Positions 51,340 through 64,000 of a DNA stretch of 64,000 bases are shown here, in pieces. Each line of letters starts with the position of its first letter. Positions within the stretch are counted from its first letter, which is position 1. This DNA comes from Eledone cirrhosa. Its lineage: Eukaryota. The DNA lies in the NCBI GenBank assembly GCA_964016885.1, contig OZ024759.1, positions 7,378,001 to 7,442,000 on the forward strand, read 5' to 3'. The notes below the pieces were generated by a model. That model was given only the letters and a program-made list of their open reading frames with translations, was not told where the DNA came from and did not search any database. The translations under genes were made by a program, and so were the position numbers.

Positions 51340-54300
51340 TCTGTGTAACCGCATGCTTTTCTACATTTTACAACCGATTTGCACCAAATCTCATACATAG
51401 GTTTCTGAAGTCCTATTATGCGTCGTAGGCTATTTTATTTTTCTGTTCATCGATTGTGGGGCCCCCCTCAGGGGCAGATAACCCCCTTAAGCCTCTCGCT
51501 TGGAGTCAGCAGTACTACTGCATAGAGGCCCCGTAATTCCTGCAGTTTGCCTCCCATCTTCACCAAATTTAATCTTTTGTTTGCTTATGGCCTATAAATA
51601 AATTTGCAGGCATGCACATGCGCAGAAATTCAGGTAGGGTACCCCCTTGGGGGGCAGAAAACCGACTTGATGAATGTTGAAGTTGATATCATCAATGCAA
51701 CAAAACGTCATAACTGCTTGAGTTGGTGTTTGGTTTTCATGAAGCGAGACGTATTGGTCACCCATGGTTTATAAAGGAAGGTGAACACATGAACTTTTAC
51801 TTGAACCTATCAAGAGGACCGGATGGAGGGGGTGGGGTAGTAAGCCCCTTCGACTTATCTATTGAAGTTCACATTAACACTGTATTAGTACCTGATAACT
51901 TTTGAAGCTTACGTTCGATTTTAACTTTACTGGACACATTGGTGGTTACCCATTGCCTAAAGATGATGTTGAAGACACTGTCTATACCCGGAACAAGCAA
52001 GGGGACCCCAGGGGGCAGTAAGCCCCAGTGAGTCATTTATTGAATTTGGCTATTGTAATGCAGCAAAGCGTCATAGCTTCGATAATAGGTAGTCCAATAA
52101 AATGAATTTCGACTTAGTTGTTATTAATGTACTACAGATGAAGATACAGTGAGGCACATTTACTTTCATTTCAATTCAGCAAGAGGACCCCCCCCCCCCC
52201 CCCCGGGGACAATGAGCCCAATTCATTAACCTATAAAACTTCAAACTGCCACAATAAAAAAGCACCATAACCTCGGGAGTTTATACTTGATTCTTACAAA
52301 AACTAAACGAAATAGTTATTGCCTGCCATAAGGTAAAGCACCACACATTCGTTATCACTTGAATTTTGCAAGGGAACCCCCTAGGGAGGGCAGTGAGCCC
52401 CTTTGGACCACTTTTAAGTTCATATGGTCGCAGCAAAGCATTTCAACTTCTGGAAATAAAAGTCAATTTAAATGAAAGTTGACGCATCGGTTACTCATGT
52501 CCTACAAATGGAGTAGCAAATTTTTAAATCCCCCTGACTTAACTTTAGTTTGTTTAGTTAACTTTAGAATGATTGAATTTAATTTTGCACCCGGTTGTCT
52601 CCCCCGTGTAATTGCACCACAATTAAGTGCGGAATGGGGAGTTAAATTTTTTTCCTTGAAAAGCGCAATTTAACTCAGGTGTAAATTTTAACGCCTACTG
52701 TATGTGGATTGTGCTATTTCACACTCATGCCTAAACTGTGCGAATGATTGATTAGTTTTGCACCCGGTTGTCTCCCCCGTTTAATTACACTTCAATTAAG
52801 TGCGAAATGGCGACCTCTGGCCAACCACACATCAGTGAGTTGTGTTCAGTAGATTTCATCACACTTATTTGTATTATCTAACCAATCAGACAACTCAAGT
52901 GTTGTTCATTGAGCGAAATCACTCCTATTTATATCGGACAAGTCCGACCTAAGATCACACTTCTCTTTTGGCTTTTGACAAGTGGTAGGTTTTACTACAT
53001 GCGTACTCTCATAAGCTACCCCATGTTTCTGAAACGCATGCTTCTTCAACATTTGTCACCTTAAAGGAGGTTTAGTTAATGTGTTTATGGTCATAAGGTT
53101 CCAGTTTATCATGCTGTGATATTTCGGCCATTTTTGTCTGTATCCTTTCAATGGTTAGTACTTACTTATTGCTATGTTCGAACTGAACAAACATACTGAC
53201 ACTTATATACCTACCACTGTAGCCACACTATTTAATTTCCTTTATCACAGGTAGTCCGTACGCTGTGTTGCCCCTAACTTAAAACCTGAAATTTGACTGG
53301 TACACAAAATCTTACAAAATATACCCACTTTCTCAGACCACATAGATTTATCACATTTTTTCACAATTTATATCCGTGTTTAGATTTGCTTACTTAAACG
53401 TTATTTGTCCATTATTTATTGTTCTCCCTGGTTAATTTTCTAAAAACAATGACCCCCAAGAAAAGAACTTTCATTGGTCGATTATCTAATGATGCAAGTA
53501 GGTTTAAGTGAAGGCGTCTCACCGATGATGTAAATGCGACTGCGATCAGGCTCTCACAGAATGCTGTGCAGACGGCAGCTGCAAGAGCGGAGGAAGATGA
53601 CAGTCGGCGTGAACTTCGACGGAACAAAGATGCTGCCGCGACTGCTGCTGCTCGCACTCGAGAGGATGAAGGACGATGCGCCGTTCGACGGAGCAGGGAT
53701 GCCGCTGCAACATTCACTGCTCACGCTCGAGAGGATGAAGGAAGACACGCCGTTCGACGAAGCAGGGACACCTCTGCCACTGCTGCTGCACGAAATATTG
53801 AAACCATAGAGTAACGACTTGGCCGACTTCTGTAAAGTGAATAGCGGCGATCATCGTTACGTGGCATTTCTAGGACTTGCAATTCACGATGGTTGTTGAA
53901 GGCCTTTAACTACGACCCCTCCTCCTTAGCAATACTGTCACCTGCATGGATTTCTACGCTTTCCGATTTATGGTAAGGGACAATTCATTCAACCATCTAC
54001 ACCGTTCTCGGGACCTTTTCCAACAATTTGCTGTTGATATGGCCGTTAAAATGGAGTCCGAGAGATTATGGTTCATTAAATTAAATCAAAAGGAACTTCG
54101 ATCTGAATGCTACATTCATCTAGGCGATGGAATTAACAACAACGTATCCCCAGACAATTTAGGGCAAGTGTGTATTTTGCCTTCAACGTTCACAGTGGGA
54201 CCCCGATACATGCACGAGAGGACTCAGGACGCCATGACTTAAGTACAATATTATGGGCGCCCCGACCTTTTCATAACGTTTACATGCAATCCCAAGTGGA

Positions 54301-57300
54301 AGGAGATTACAAACGAACTGTTCCACGGTCAAGCGCCAAGACACAGGCACGCTCTCATAGCAAGAGTGTTTCGCTGAAATTATCCAAATTAATGGATTTA
54401 TTAAAGAAAGGACAGGTTTTTGGGCCTGTCAGGTGCGACATGTATAGGGTTGAATGGCAGAAACGAGGGCTGCCGCATGCCCATATCTTGATTTGGTTGG
54501 TTACAAAAATTAGTTCAAACTACATCAACAAATTCATTTCTGCCGAACTACCTGATCCATCGATTGACAAGGACCTCTTCTCTATAGTCACATCAAACAT
54601 GGTCCATTGCCGTTGCGGACATGGACTCAATATGAAGTCCCTGTGCATACACAACGGAAAGTGTACAAAACGATATCCCAGGCCGTTTTTACAGGAAACA
54701 CAGACTGGCGGTGATGGATATCCGTTGTATAGGCGCAGGAGACCTGAAGAAGGTGGGTTCACAGCAAAAGTTGGCGAACGCGAAATCGACAACAGCTGGA
54801 TAGTGCCATATTGCCCCCTCCTCTTGAAAGCGTTCAATTCCCATATAAACGTGGAATTTTACAACTCAGTAAAATCAATTAAATACATTTGTAAGTACGT
54901 AAACAAGGGATCAGATGCTGCCGTCTTTGGGCTTCCTCATGAAAACAGTAGAGACGAGGTATCTGACTACCAAGCAGGCCGATACATTAGCAGCAATAAA
55001 GCCTTTTGGTGCATTTTTGACTTCCCACTGCACCAACGACACCCCGTCATTAAACAACTTGCCGTTCACCTTGAAAACGGTCAACGGATGTATTTCAATG
55101 ATGCAACAGCTGCTCAGCTAGCGAGCTCACCAAAGGAAACTACACTCACCACTTTTTTCAAACTTTGTCAACACGACGACTTCGCTCGAACTCTGCTGTA
55201 TTCTGAAATACCGTCTTACTATACATGGAACCAGACAAAATGGCTACGAAGGAAGGTAGGGCAAGAGGTGGTTAGACATGCAAGCATCAAATTCGACAAT
55301 TGCCTTGGGTGAGTTTATACGGTCCACCCTACCCAACACGAATGCTTCTACCTGCGACATCTGCTTCATGAGGTAAGAGGGCCGACCAGCTTCACTCATC
55401 TAAGAACTTTGGATGGATATGTCTGCGGAACGTACAGGGAAGCCTGCTTGAGGCGTGGACTTTTAGAAGATGATGCACAATGGGATGCAACCTTGACGGA
55501 AGCTGCCATCTCACAATCATCCCGTAGTCTAAGAGCACTTTTTGCTATCCTATTGTACATCTGTGAATTGAGCGATCCTTACTCTTTATGGCAAAAGTTT
55601 AAAGATGATTTTGCAGACGAATATAGGCGTCTCGCTCAATTGCAATCTCCAAACTTAGATGTTGGGTTTACAATCGCTATATATAACAGTGCTCTAATTA
55701 ATATTGAAGACAGAGTGGCTTCAATGAGCGGAGATGTCTTGGAGAAATATGGGCTCCCGCAAACACTTCGAGATGCACCATCTGAAATTCCCAACGACAT
55801 TATACGTGAAACGTCATATGATGTCGACGAACTCAAAAGGTATGTTGAAGAAAATGAACCAAAACTTCTAATGGATCAAAAACTAGCCTACAACATTGTC
55901 ATTGATTCCATCTGTAATCGGGGAGGGGGTATATTCTTCCTGGACGCACCTGGAGGCACGGGCAAAACATTTGTAATCAAACTTTTATTCGCTGCAGTGA
56001 GGCAACACGGAAACATCACATTGCCCGTGGCTTCTTCCGGCATTGCAGCAACTTTGCTGCCTGGTGGCAAGGTGATGAGACATCAGCGGGTTTTTCTGCT
56101 GCCATTTTGTTGTTGGGAGATGGCAAAGTCCCACTCGACAGAGATGGTGCAGTGGACCTCACAGGGATTTGCAGATGCGTCAAGTCAATTGCTGAGTTAC
56201 GGACGTCTGTTTTTCCTAATCTTGAGGAGAACTACACAAATCAAGAGTGGTTGTGTGAACGCAGAATATTGGCTTCGATAAACCACATAGTTGGCAGCAT
56301 CAATGAACAGCTCATGCTGTGCTTGCCCTGGAAACCTGCACCTCTACAAGTCCCTTGACTCTATGGCTGATCCGGACGAAGTTGTTAATTACCCCACAGA
56401 ATTTCTTAACTCCCTAGACCCTCCCGGATTGCCACCACACTTACTGCAACTTAAGAAAGGTGCCCCTGTCATGCTCCTCATGAATTGGAACCCCGAAGGC
56501 TTTCCAGCGGCACACATCTGGTCGTCTAAAAGGCGATGCCTCATGTTATTGAGGCAACAATACTTACAGGATGTGGTAAGGGAGATACTGTCTTCATACC
56601 AAGGATACCTCTCATTCCATCCGGTAAAGACATTCCTTCCACATTGAGAAGACTGCAATTCCCTCTCCGGCTCAGTTTCGCCATGTCGATTAACAAATCA
56701 CAGGGTCAGACGCTGACGGTTGTAGGGTTTAATTTAGAAGAACCGTGCCTCCCCATGGTCAACTATATGTTGGCTGCTCTCGAGTGGGGAGCCGACATAA
56801 CCTATTTGCTTTTGCAACTCACGAGAAAACCCAAAATATAGTCTATAAGGAAGTTTTGTAGGCACCCCATCCGCCAACAAGTAATCGCTGTTTTTTTTTT
56901 ATATAAGTGCTTACATTTGCTGTATCCGTGTGCTATTTTTGTCATTTTGACACTACCACGTACCCCTCTGAGGTTGCTTTTGCTATACATTATAAATGTT
57001 CAATGTCTCCGTTTTCCACATTTATATGTTGCTATTACACTTTGCTATCGATGTTCCGTAGTTTTAACCTAATTAATCTACTTTTCCCTCCATCTTATTT
57101 ACATTTTTTTGACATTCCAGCGTGATCTTGCCAAGGCCATTTTTGTGGCCACCGACTGTGACATGCTTTTCTAGGTTACAATCTCAAATAACAAGCAAAG
57201 CAAATACGACACACCAAAGTGGTGTGAAGGACTTCTTAAGGGCCACCACCTCTAATCGGCATCGTCTTTGCTGACAGCTCCAGACTTTTAAGAGTGAACT

Positions 57301-57705
57301 ATCTAAGGCCCTCTTCAGGGCCACCAAGGTTAAATTGTTACCATCAGATTCATCTTTGCTGGTAGCACCACCGCTGAGATATTTCCAAGTGAACTTTAAA
57401 AGATCCTCTTCAGGGCCACCAACTATAAATTGTTATCGCTGGATTCATCTTTGCTGGCAGCACCGCCACTGAGACTTTTAAGAGTGAACGATCCAAGGCC
57501 CTCTTTAGGGCCACCAACTTTAAATTGTTACTATCGGATTTGTCTTTGCTGGCAGCAGCACTGCAGAGATATTTCAAAGGCCCTCTTTAGGGCCAACACC
57601 TATAAATTGTTACTTCTATAATTGTGTTTAACAGAAGTCTTTTGGTTCATTTGAACGACTACTCCATTGAGAGTTATCCCAGGCAACGCCGGGTATCTCT
57701 GCTAG
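51340..57705 (+). mobile_element. Decayed autonomous-type Helitron (RepHel pseudogene ~53450-56860)
   Basis: Rep motifs PDLFITFTCNP, EWQKRGLPHAHILIW and KYICKYVNKG; helicase DAPGGTGKT and SFAMSINKSQGQTL; 3' hairpin CCCAGGCAACGCCGGG then CTAG|T; multiple stops, frameshifts and deletions. The 5' boundary is approximate. Confidence 0.93.
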
Positions 57706-57999
57706 TAATATATATATATTGGGAAAATAAGAAAACAGTAGAATAAGCTAATAGAAAAACAGAAAAACATTTTATATTACCAGTTTCAGTTGATAGATAT
57801 TTCGACTTCTTCATGCTACAGGAAATATTATAATAAACTTAATGTGTATATTAATTAGAAGAGGATATTAGAGAACCTAGTTTACATATATATCAATTGA
57901 CATTTTCTCTTTCTCTTTCCTTGATGATGTGATGGTAGTAGCAATCAAAATAGTAGGAGTTGTCCGCTGTCACTCTCTGACTGGCTGTTGTGTATTATA

Positions 58000-58300
58000 T
58001 ATCATCATCATTGCTTTATGTCTGCTTTTCAATGCTGGCCTGGGTTGGACAGGTCTTTACCAACACATCTCTCCATTCACTGCAGTCCTTTGTTATCTCC
58101 TTTGTAAGCTTCACCAATGTGTGATCAACTCTCACCATCTCTCTCCAGGTCTTCCTTGGTCTCCCTCCGCAGCAGCTTCATTCCACTGGCATTTTTCGCC
58201 ATTTCCTCATCCAACACTCATCCTCCATACACATCAACAGTATCCTCTCTTGCCTACCACATCTGATTCCAGCTTTTCTCTCAGTTCATCCATGATTTGT
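58000..58300 (-). pseudogene. Degraded RTE 3' fragment
   Basis: Similar to the reverse complement of the other RTE tails (CCACTGGCATTT, CATCTCTCCA). Confidence 0.7.
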
Positions 58301-58315
58301 TGATCATGCTTATGT

Positions 58316-58533
58316 AGACCTATCACCAATGTCCCCTTACAGTCTCCAGACCTATCACCAATGTCCCCTTACTGTCTCCAGACCAGTCACCAATGTCCCC
58401 TTACAGTCTCTAGACCAGTCACCAATGTCACCTTACTGTCTCTAGACCAGTCACCAATGTCACCTTACTGTCTCTAGACCAGTCACCAATGTCCCCTTAC
58501 TGTGTCTAGACCAGTCACCAATGTCCTCTTACT
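58316..58533. repeat. 32-bp minisatellite, about 7 copies
   Basis: Unit AGACCAGTCACCAATGTCCCCTTACTGTCTCT. Confidence 0.92.
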
Positions 58534-58568
58534 CTAATATTGTCCCTTAATTTTTCTCTCTATTCTAG

Positions 58569-58686
58569 ATCCTAGCAAGAATGTGTCTGAAGTTTGGGTA
58601 TCACGTCAGAAGCTGGAAGACCTTTACAAGAAGCTGCTGATAATGGATTTAGAATATGCTTTGGACAAGAAAGTGGAACAAGACCT
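58569..58686 (+). CDS. SMG7: SMG7 coding exon (118 nt), (D)PSKNVSEVWVSRQKLEDLYKKLLIMDLEYALDKKVEQD(L)
   Basis: TTTTTCTCTCTATTCTAG acceptor and GTGAGT donor. DLEYALDKKVEQDL is the conserved SMG7 14-3-3-like/EST1 N-terminal segment. Confidence 0.96.
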
Positions 58687-58796
58687 GTGAGTAGTTTATT
58701 TAAATACATATACACCCCTGCATACTGTGTTTTGGACCGTTTCATTTTTATTTTACTTGGGCCTTTCTTTTCTTTTGGGATGTTTTCTTTTTTTGG

Positions 58797-59460
58797 AAAG
58801 TGGTCGTGTATGTGTCACGACAAAAAGCACCCAGCCCACACTGTAAAGTGGTCATGTAGGTGTCACAACAAAAAGCACCCAGCCCACATAGTAAAGTGGT
58901 CATGTAGGTGTCACAACAAAAAACACCCAGTCCCCACTGTAAAGTGGTCATGTAGGTGTCACAACAAAAGTACCCAGACCACACTGTAAAGTGGTCATGT
59001 AAGTGTCACAACAAAAAACACCCAGTCCCCACTGTAAAGTGGTCATGTAGGTGTCACAACAAAAGTACCCAGTCCACACTGTAAAGTGGTCATGTAGGTG
59101 TCACAACAAAAGTACCCAGTCCACACTGTAAAGTGGTCATGTAAGTGTCACAACAAAAGTACCCAGACCACACTGTAAAGTGGTCATGTAGGTGTCACAA
59201 CAAAAAACACCCAGTCCCCACTGTAAAGTGGTCATGTAGGTGTCACAACAAAAGTACCCAGTCCACACTGTAAAGTGGTTCTGTAGGTGTCACAACAAAA
59301 AGTATCCAGTTCCACACTATAAATGTGGTTGGTGTTAGGAAGGACATTCGGCTGAAGAAACCAAGCCAAAATCAGTTCTGTGTGAACGAATGATGGTCCT
59401 CCCGACTTGATGCCTCACAAAGGGACAGCCCGCTCTACCCATGCTAGTGTAGATGATGAT
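58797..59460 (+). repeat. 46-47-bp array (~12 copies) derived from the SINE/RTE AAAGCACCCAG module, followed by the rest of the element
   Basis: Unit GTAAAGTGGTCATGTAGGTGTCACAACAAAAGTACCCAGTCCACACT, then GGTTGGTGTTAGGAAGG...(GAT)n. Confidence 0.88.
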
Positions 59461-60130
59461 GATGTTGTGGGTCCCCCATCTCATCTGAGCACTTCTTCAA
59501 GTGGAGAAATGTATGTATGTGAGCCCCCAACCTGTTTGAACACTTAGTAGAGTGCAGGAATATATGTATACAATATGCAGACCTCTAGCCTGGCTGAGAA
59601 CTTGGCAGAATGCAGGAATGTTTGTAAGTGGGATGCTGGCCAATCTGAGGGATCAGTGGCCTCGCTTCATAATTTATTTTCTCTCACAGTCAATATATTT
59701 AACCCTTTAGTATTTACATTACTCTATATTTACTATTATATTTTCATGGTAAAGACTTTACCTCACATAATTATCTCTCATAATATCGAATCTATCAGAT
59801 TTTAATATTATTTATTTTGAGAACAATACCTTAACATCAGTATGAGCAGCCGCTTATGGACTGTTTGAACAGAAAAAGGGGAGAGAATTCTGGCCGGATA
59901 TGGCCAGTTTAAATGTGAAAGGGTTAAGGAAAGTTGTTTTACCCGCAAAACACTCTCACTCTCTCTCTCTCTCTCAATATATGAAACTGTTATTCTATGT
60001 ACTATACATGTACCTTTGATGAGTTGTAGTGCACCTGAGCACTGTACACAATCATTTTCATTATTATGATAATTTTATCAACTAAAGTTGTTTTAAACCT
60101 CTGCTCCCCTTTCTATGTCTCTCTTTCTAG

Positions 60131-60191
60131 GTGGAACCATGCATTCAAAAATCAAATCAACACACTTCAAACTCAAGCTAAGGACAATCAG
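60131..60191 (+). CDS. SMG7: SMG7 coding exon (61 nt), (L)WNHAFKNQINTLQTQAKDNQ
   Basis: CTCTCTTTCTAG acceptor and GTGAGG donor. CT|G completes Leu, and WNHAFKNQI continues the SMG7 sequence. Confidence 0.96.
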
Positions 60192-60325
60192 GTGAGGGTA
60201 TGGACACAACTTTTATATATTTCACTAGTTTTTTTATATATATTTTATTCTATTCTTTATAAAGTAAAGTTCTACCATTTCTAACCTTGTGTGTGTGTGA
60301 TGTAGACCCTTGGCAGTGCCTGGGA

Positions 60326-60810
60326 GGTCAGTAGCACCCCCTTCACTACTGACTTGGTCTGTGAAGACCCATCCAATCATTGTTGGTAGAGGGGGCTCAG
60401 TAGCACCCCCTTCACTACTGACTTGGTCTGTGAAGACCCATCCAATCATTGTTGGTAGAGGGGGCTCAGTAGCACCCCCTTCACTACTGACTTGGTCTGT
60501 GAAGACCCATCCAATCATTGTTGGTAGAGGGGGCTCAGTAGCACCCCCTTCACTACTGACTTGGTCTGTGAAGACCCATCCAATCATTGTTGGTAGAGGG
60601 GGCTCAGTAGCACCCCCTTCACTACTGACTTGGTCTGTGAAGACCCATCCAATCATTGTTGGTAGAGGGGGCTCAGTAGCACCCCCTTCACTACTGACCT
60701 CCCTCTGTGAAGACCCATCCAATCATTGTTGGCAGAGTGGGGGAGGTCAGTAGCAACCCCTTCACTACTGACTTGGTCTGTGAAGACCCATCCAACCATT
60801 GTTGGCAGTG
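60326..60810. repeat. 69-bp minisatellite, about 7 copies, running into a LINE-like fragment (to ~61030)
   Basis: 23-aa period in the ORF track; downstream RLAGHIL...TPPGGKRRWGCP resembles a LINE C-terminus. Confidence 0.85.
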
Positions 60811-61039
60811 GAGGGTCACGGAGCACCAGTGCCGCTTGGCTGGCCATATTCTGCACCTGCCCAATGACACTTGAAATCAGCGATGTACTGGACTCCACCT
60901 GGTGGCAAACGGAGGTGGGGTTGCCCCAGGATCACCTGATACCAACAAACGGTCCCAAAAGACCTGATGGCAGCCAACATCACTTGGCAAGGACGTGATT
61001 GTGACTGCTTGATGGGCTGGTGGGGTCCTCAGACTAAGA

Positions 61040-61193
61040 AGATATATGTATGTACACATGTATGACAGGAATGTGTGTGTATATATGTGTGTGTGTCAGT
61101 GTGTAGAACATAGGGGTGTATATGTATCACAGGAATGTGTATATATTTGTGTGTGTGTGTAAGAAAGGTGTATATATGTATGACAGGTGTATC

Positions 61194-61224
<31 letters not shown>

Positions 61225-61648
61225 AAGAAAGGTGTATATATGTATGACAGGTGTATATATATATATGTATATATATGTATGTATGTGTGTAAGAAAGGTG
61301 TATATATGTATATATATATGTATGTATGTGTGTAAGAAAGGTGTATATATATATATGTATATATATGTATGTATGTATGTGTGTAAGAAAGGTGTATATA
61401 TGTATATATATGTATGTATGTGTAAGAAAGGTGTATATATGTATATATATGTATGTATGTGTAAGAAAGGTGTATATATGTATATATATATGTATGTATG
61501 TGTGTAAGAAAGGTGTATATATATATATGTATATATATGTATGTATGTATGTGTGTAAGAAAGGTGTATATATGTATATATATGTATGTATGTGTGTAAG
61601 AAAGATGTATATATGTATATATATATGTATGTGTGTGTAAGAAAGGTG

Positions 61649-61681
<33 letters not shown>

Positions 61682-61695
61682 AAGAAAGGTGTATG

Positions 61696-61728
<33 letters not shown>

Positions 61729-61743
61729 AAGAAAGGTGTATGC

Positions 61744-61775
<32 letters not shown>

Positions 61776-61789
61776 AAGAAAGGTGTATG

Positions 61790-61822
<33 letters not shown>

Positions 61823-61873
61823 AAGAAAGGTGCATATATATATATATATATGTGTGTGTAAGAAAGGTGTATG

Positions 61874-61906
<33 letters not shown>

Positions 61907-61920
61907 AAGAAAGGTGTATG

Positions 61921-61953
<33 letters not shown>

Positions 61954-62004
61954 AAGAAAGGTGCATATATATATATATATATGTGTGTGTAAGAAAGGTG
62001 TATG

Positions 62005-62037
<33 letters not shown>

Positions 62038-62051
62038 AAGAAAGGTGTATG

Positions 62052-62084
<33 letters not shown>

Positions 62085-62135
62085 AAGAAAGGTGCATATA
62101 TATATATATATATGTGTGTGTAAGAAAGGTGTATG

Positions 62136-62168
<33 letters not shown>

Positions 62169-62182
62169 AAGAAAGGTGTATG

Positions 62183-62215
<33 letters not shown>

Positions 62216-62390
62216 AAGAAAGGTGCATATATATATATATATATGTGTGTGTAAGAAAGGTGTATGTATATATATATATGTATATATATATATATGTATG
62301 TATGTGTGTGTAAGAAAGGTGTATATATATATGTGTGTGTAAGAAAGGTGTGTATATATATATATATATGTGTGTGTGTAAGAAAGGTGC

Positions 62391-62423
<33 letters not shown>

Positions 62424-62565
62424 TGTGTGTGTGTAAGAAAGGTGTATATATATATGTGTGTGTAAGAAAGGTGTGTATATATATATATATATGTATGTAT
62501 GTGTGTGTGTAAGAAAGGTGTATATATGTATGACAGGTGACAGGTGTATATATATATGTATATAT
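61040..62565. repeat. (TA)/(TG) compound repeat with TAAGAAAGGTG anchor
   Basis: Direct inspection. Confidence 0.95.
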
Positions 62566-62863
62566 CGCTGTTAATATAATGTGTCAGCTCTGCCTGGATT
62601 GGTGTAGTGTGGGGAACAGTTGTTGATGTCTAATTAAGAGAACATCGTTAAGGTTTAATTAAGTAATGAACTGTTGAGATGTTTTAATTAAATAATAAAT
62701 GAGCCACTGGGATATTAATATAAATGATATGGCGGTCAAGATTCTATTATTAATTTTGTCTGGGTGTGCCTTTCGTACATTAAGACATACCAGTAATATC
62801 TTTGATAAATTGTGGCTAGCAGGTAAAAGATGTACTTAATTGTTTTGGCCAGAATCATTAGAG

Positions 62864-63324
62864 CAGTGTTTCCCAAACTTCTTTTCTCTGGGTCGCATTT
62901 TTGGAATGAAAATTTGTTCGCGCCTCACCAAATTTTATGTGATAAAAAGTACATTTAAAAATAAATAAAAAACTCCACTAATAATGCGTTAAATATATTA
63001 TATAACATAAATAACTTATAATGATTAAAGTACACAAATTGATGAAAGGTACAAGCTTGTTTTTGACAAGTAATCTCCTTTATATAAGGCCTAATTTGAG
63101 ATAAACTCTCATCTCCTCCTTAACACAAAGAAGCCTTTCCCTTTTTTGGTTTTAAATCCTTGTTGACAGCAACATGTCGAGGAGAACTGTAGGAGAGACA
63201 TATGGATATTGTTTCTGGTTGTATATCCATGCATTTTTTGAAACTGTTTCTAAATCTTTGATTGTCTTTCAATCATTCTGCCTCACCTGCTATCCTCTTC
63301 CGCTGCACCATTTGGGAACCACTG
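62864..63324 (-). mobile_element. Non-autonomous hAT (Buster/Charlie-like) element inserted in a SINE
   Basis: TIRs CAGTGTTTCCCAAA / TTTGGGAACCACTG; perfect 8-bp TSD CATTAGAG (62856, 63325); minus-strand transposase-tail remnant VKEEMRV..RPYIKEI. Confidence 0.9.
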
Positions 63325-63960
63325 CATTAGAGCATCAGATATTTGTTTTGACAGTCTGTGTTCTGAGTTCAAATCCCACGAAGGTCCACTTTGTCATTCA
63401 GCCCTTCAGGGTCAATAAAGAGAGTACAAGCCCAGTACTGGTTGCAGTCCTTTCTGTCTTTCCGGCTGTCACAACCTTGATAGTCTGCTGAATCTAAGGA
63501 GAAATGGTCAAGAGGGTGTCTGTGTTTGTTGAGGTCAATTTTGCCTTTCATCCATTCGGGCTCAATAAAGTAAGTACCAGACCAGTGCTGGTGCAGCCCT
63601 CCTTCTCCCTCTCTTACATCCGGCATGTTCTGTTGGATCAAAGGATGGAGGTTTTCAGAGGGGTGTATCTGTATCTGCTTGCGACTGCACGAACACTTAA
63701 AACCCTTAACAGAAGCCTATTAAATACTATCATGTCATACTTGATTGCATGTGACAGCTTTGTAGGGTATCTGGCTACAAAACATTGCTTTAAAAAGGTC
63801 TCCATGATGAGTTTGAAGACTGTTATAGGGCATGCAAGGTTAGCTTCAGCTTTAGCAAGGAGGATTGCCTTAAAAAACTGGATAATGATGATGAAGATGT
63901 TCTTGTAAAGTCTGTGGCAATTTTGAGTATTGGCCATTTTGTGTTTTGTTTCATTGGCAG

Positions 63961-64000
63961 AATCCGAAAAGACTCGAAGTTCAAGCTAGCCTCAATTTGT
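63961..64000 (+). CDS. SMG7: SMG7 coding exon running off the window end, NPKRLEVQASLNL...
   Basis: TTTTGTTTCATTGGCAG acceptor, phase 0. Resembles SMG7 NPNRSEVQANLSLF (recalled). Confidence 0.92.

Noticed and set aside
63504-63937. 134- and 99-aa ORFs before the last exon
   Set aside because: No recognisable motifs; intronic, partly SINE-derived and probably old repeat sequence.

Overview
Repeat-rich eukaryotic DNA; the SINE, RTE, Helitron and microsatellite content suggests an octopod cephalopod (inference). The only host gene I can support is SMG7 (nonsense-mediated decay factor) on the + strand. Four coding exons (27386-27417, 58569-58686, 60131-60191, 63961->64000) splice in frame to R-QAEALKATVAD-PSKNVSEVWVSRQKLEDLYKKLLIMDLEYALDKKVEQDL-WNHAFKNQINTLQTQAKDNQ-NPKRLEVQASLNL. 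The first coding exon was not found, so most of the window is probably intron. The introns hold truncated RTE-type LINEs with a PHD-like zinc finger inside the RT, a 5'-inverted LINE, a CRE-like RLE element, a Penelope GIY-YIG remnant, a decayed RepHel Helitron, hAT and piggyBac-like MITEs, two SINE families and many minisatellites, several amplified from pieces of those TEs. The most interesting signal is a set of short islands set in (TA)n tracts that form long inverted repeats and carry type I hammerhead ribozymes of at least four sequence types (Penelope pLTR-like). Two of these ribozymes are sense to the SMG7 pre-mRNA, each paired with its own antisense copy. Nearly all long ORFs in the supplied track are translations of tandem repeats.
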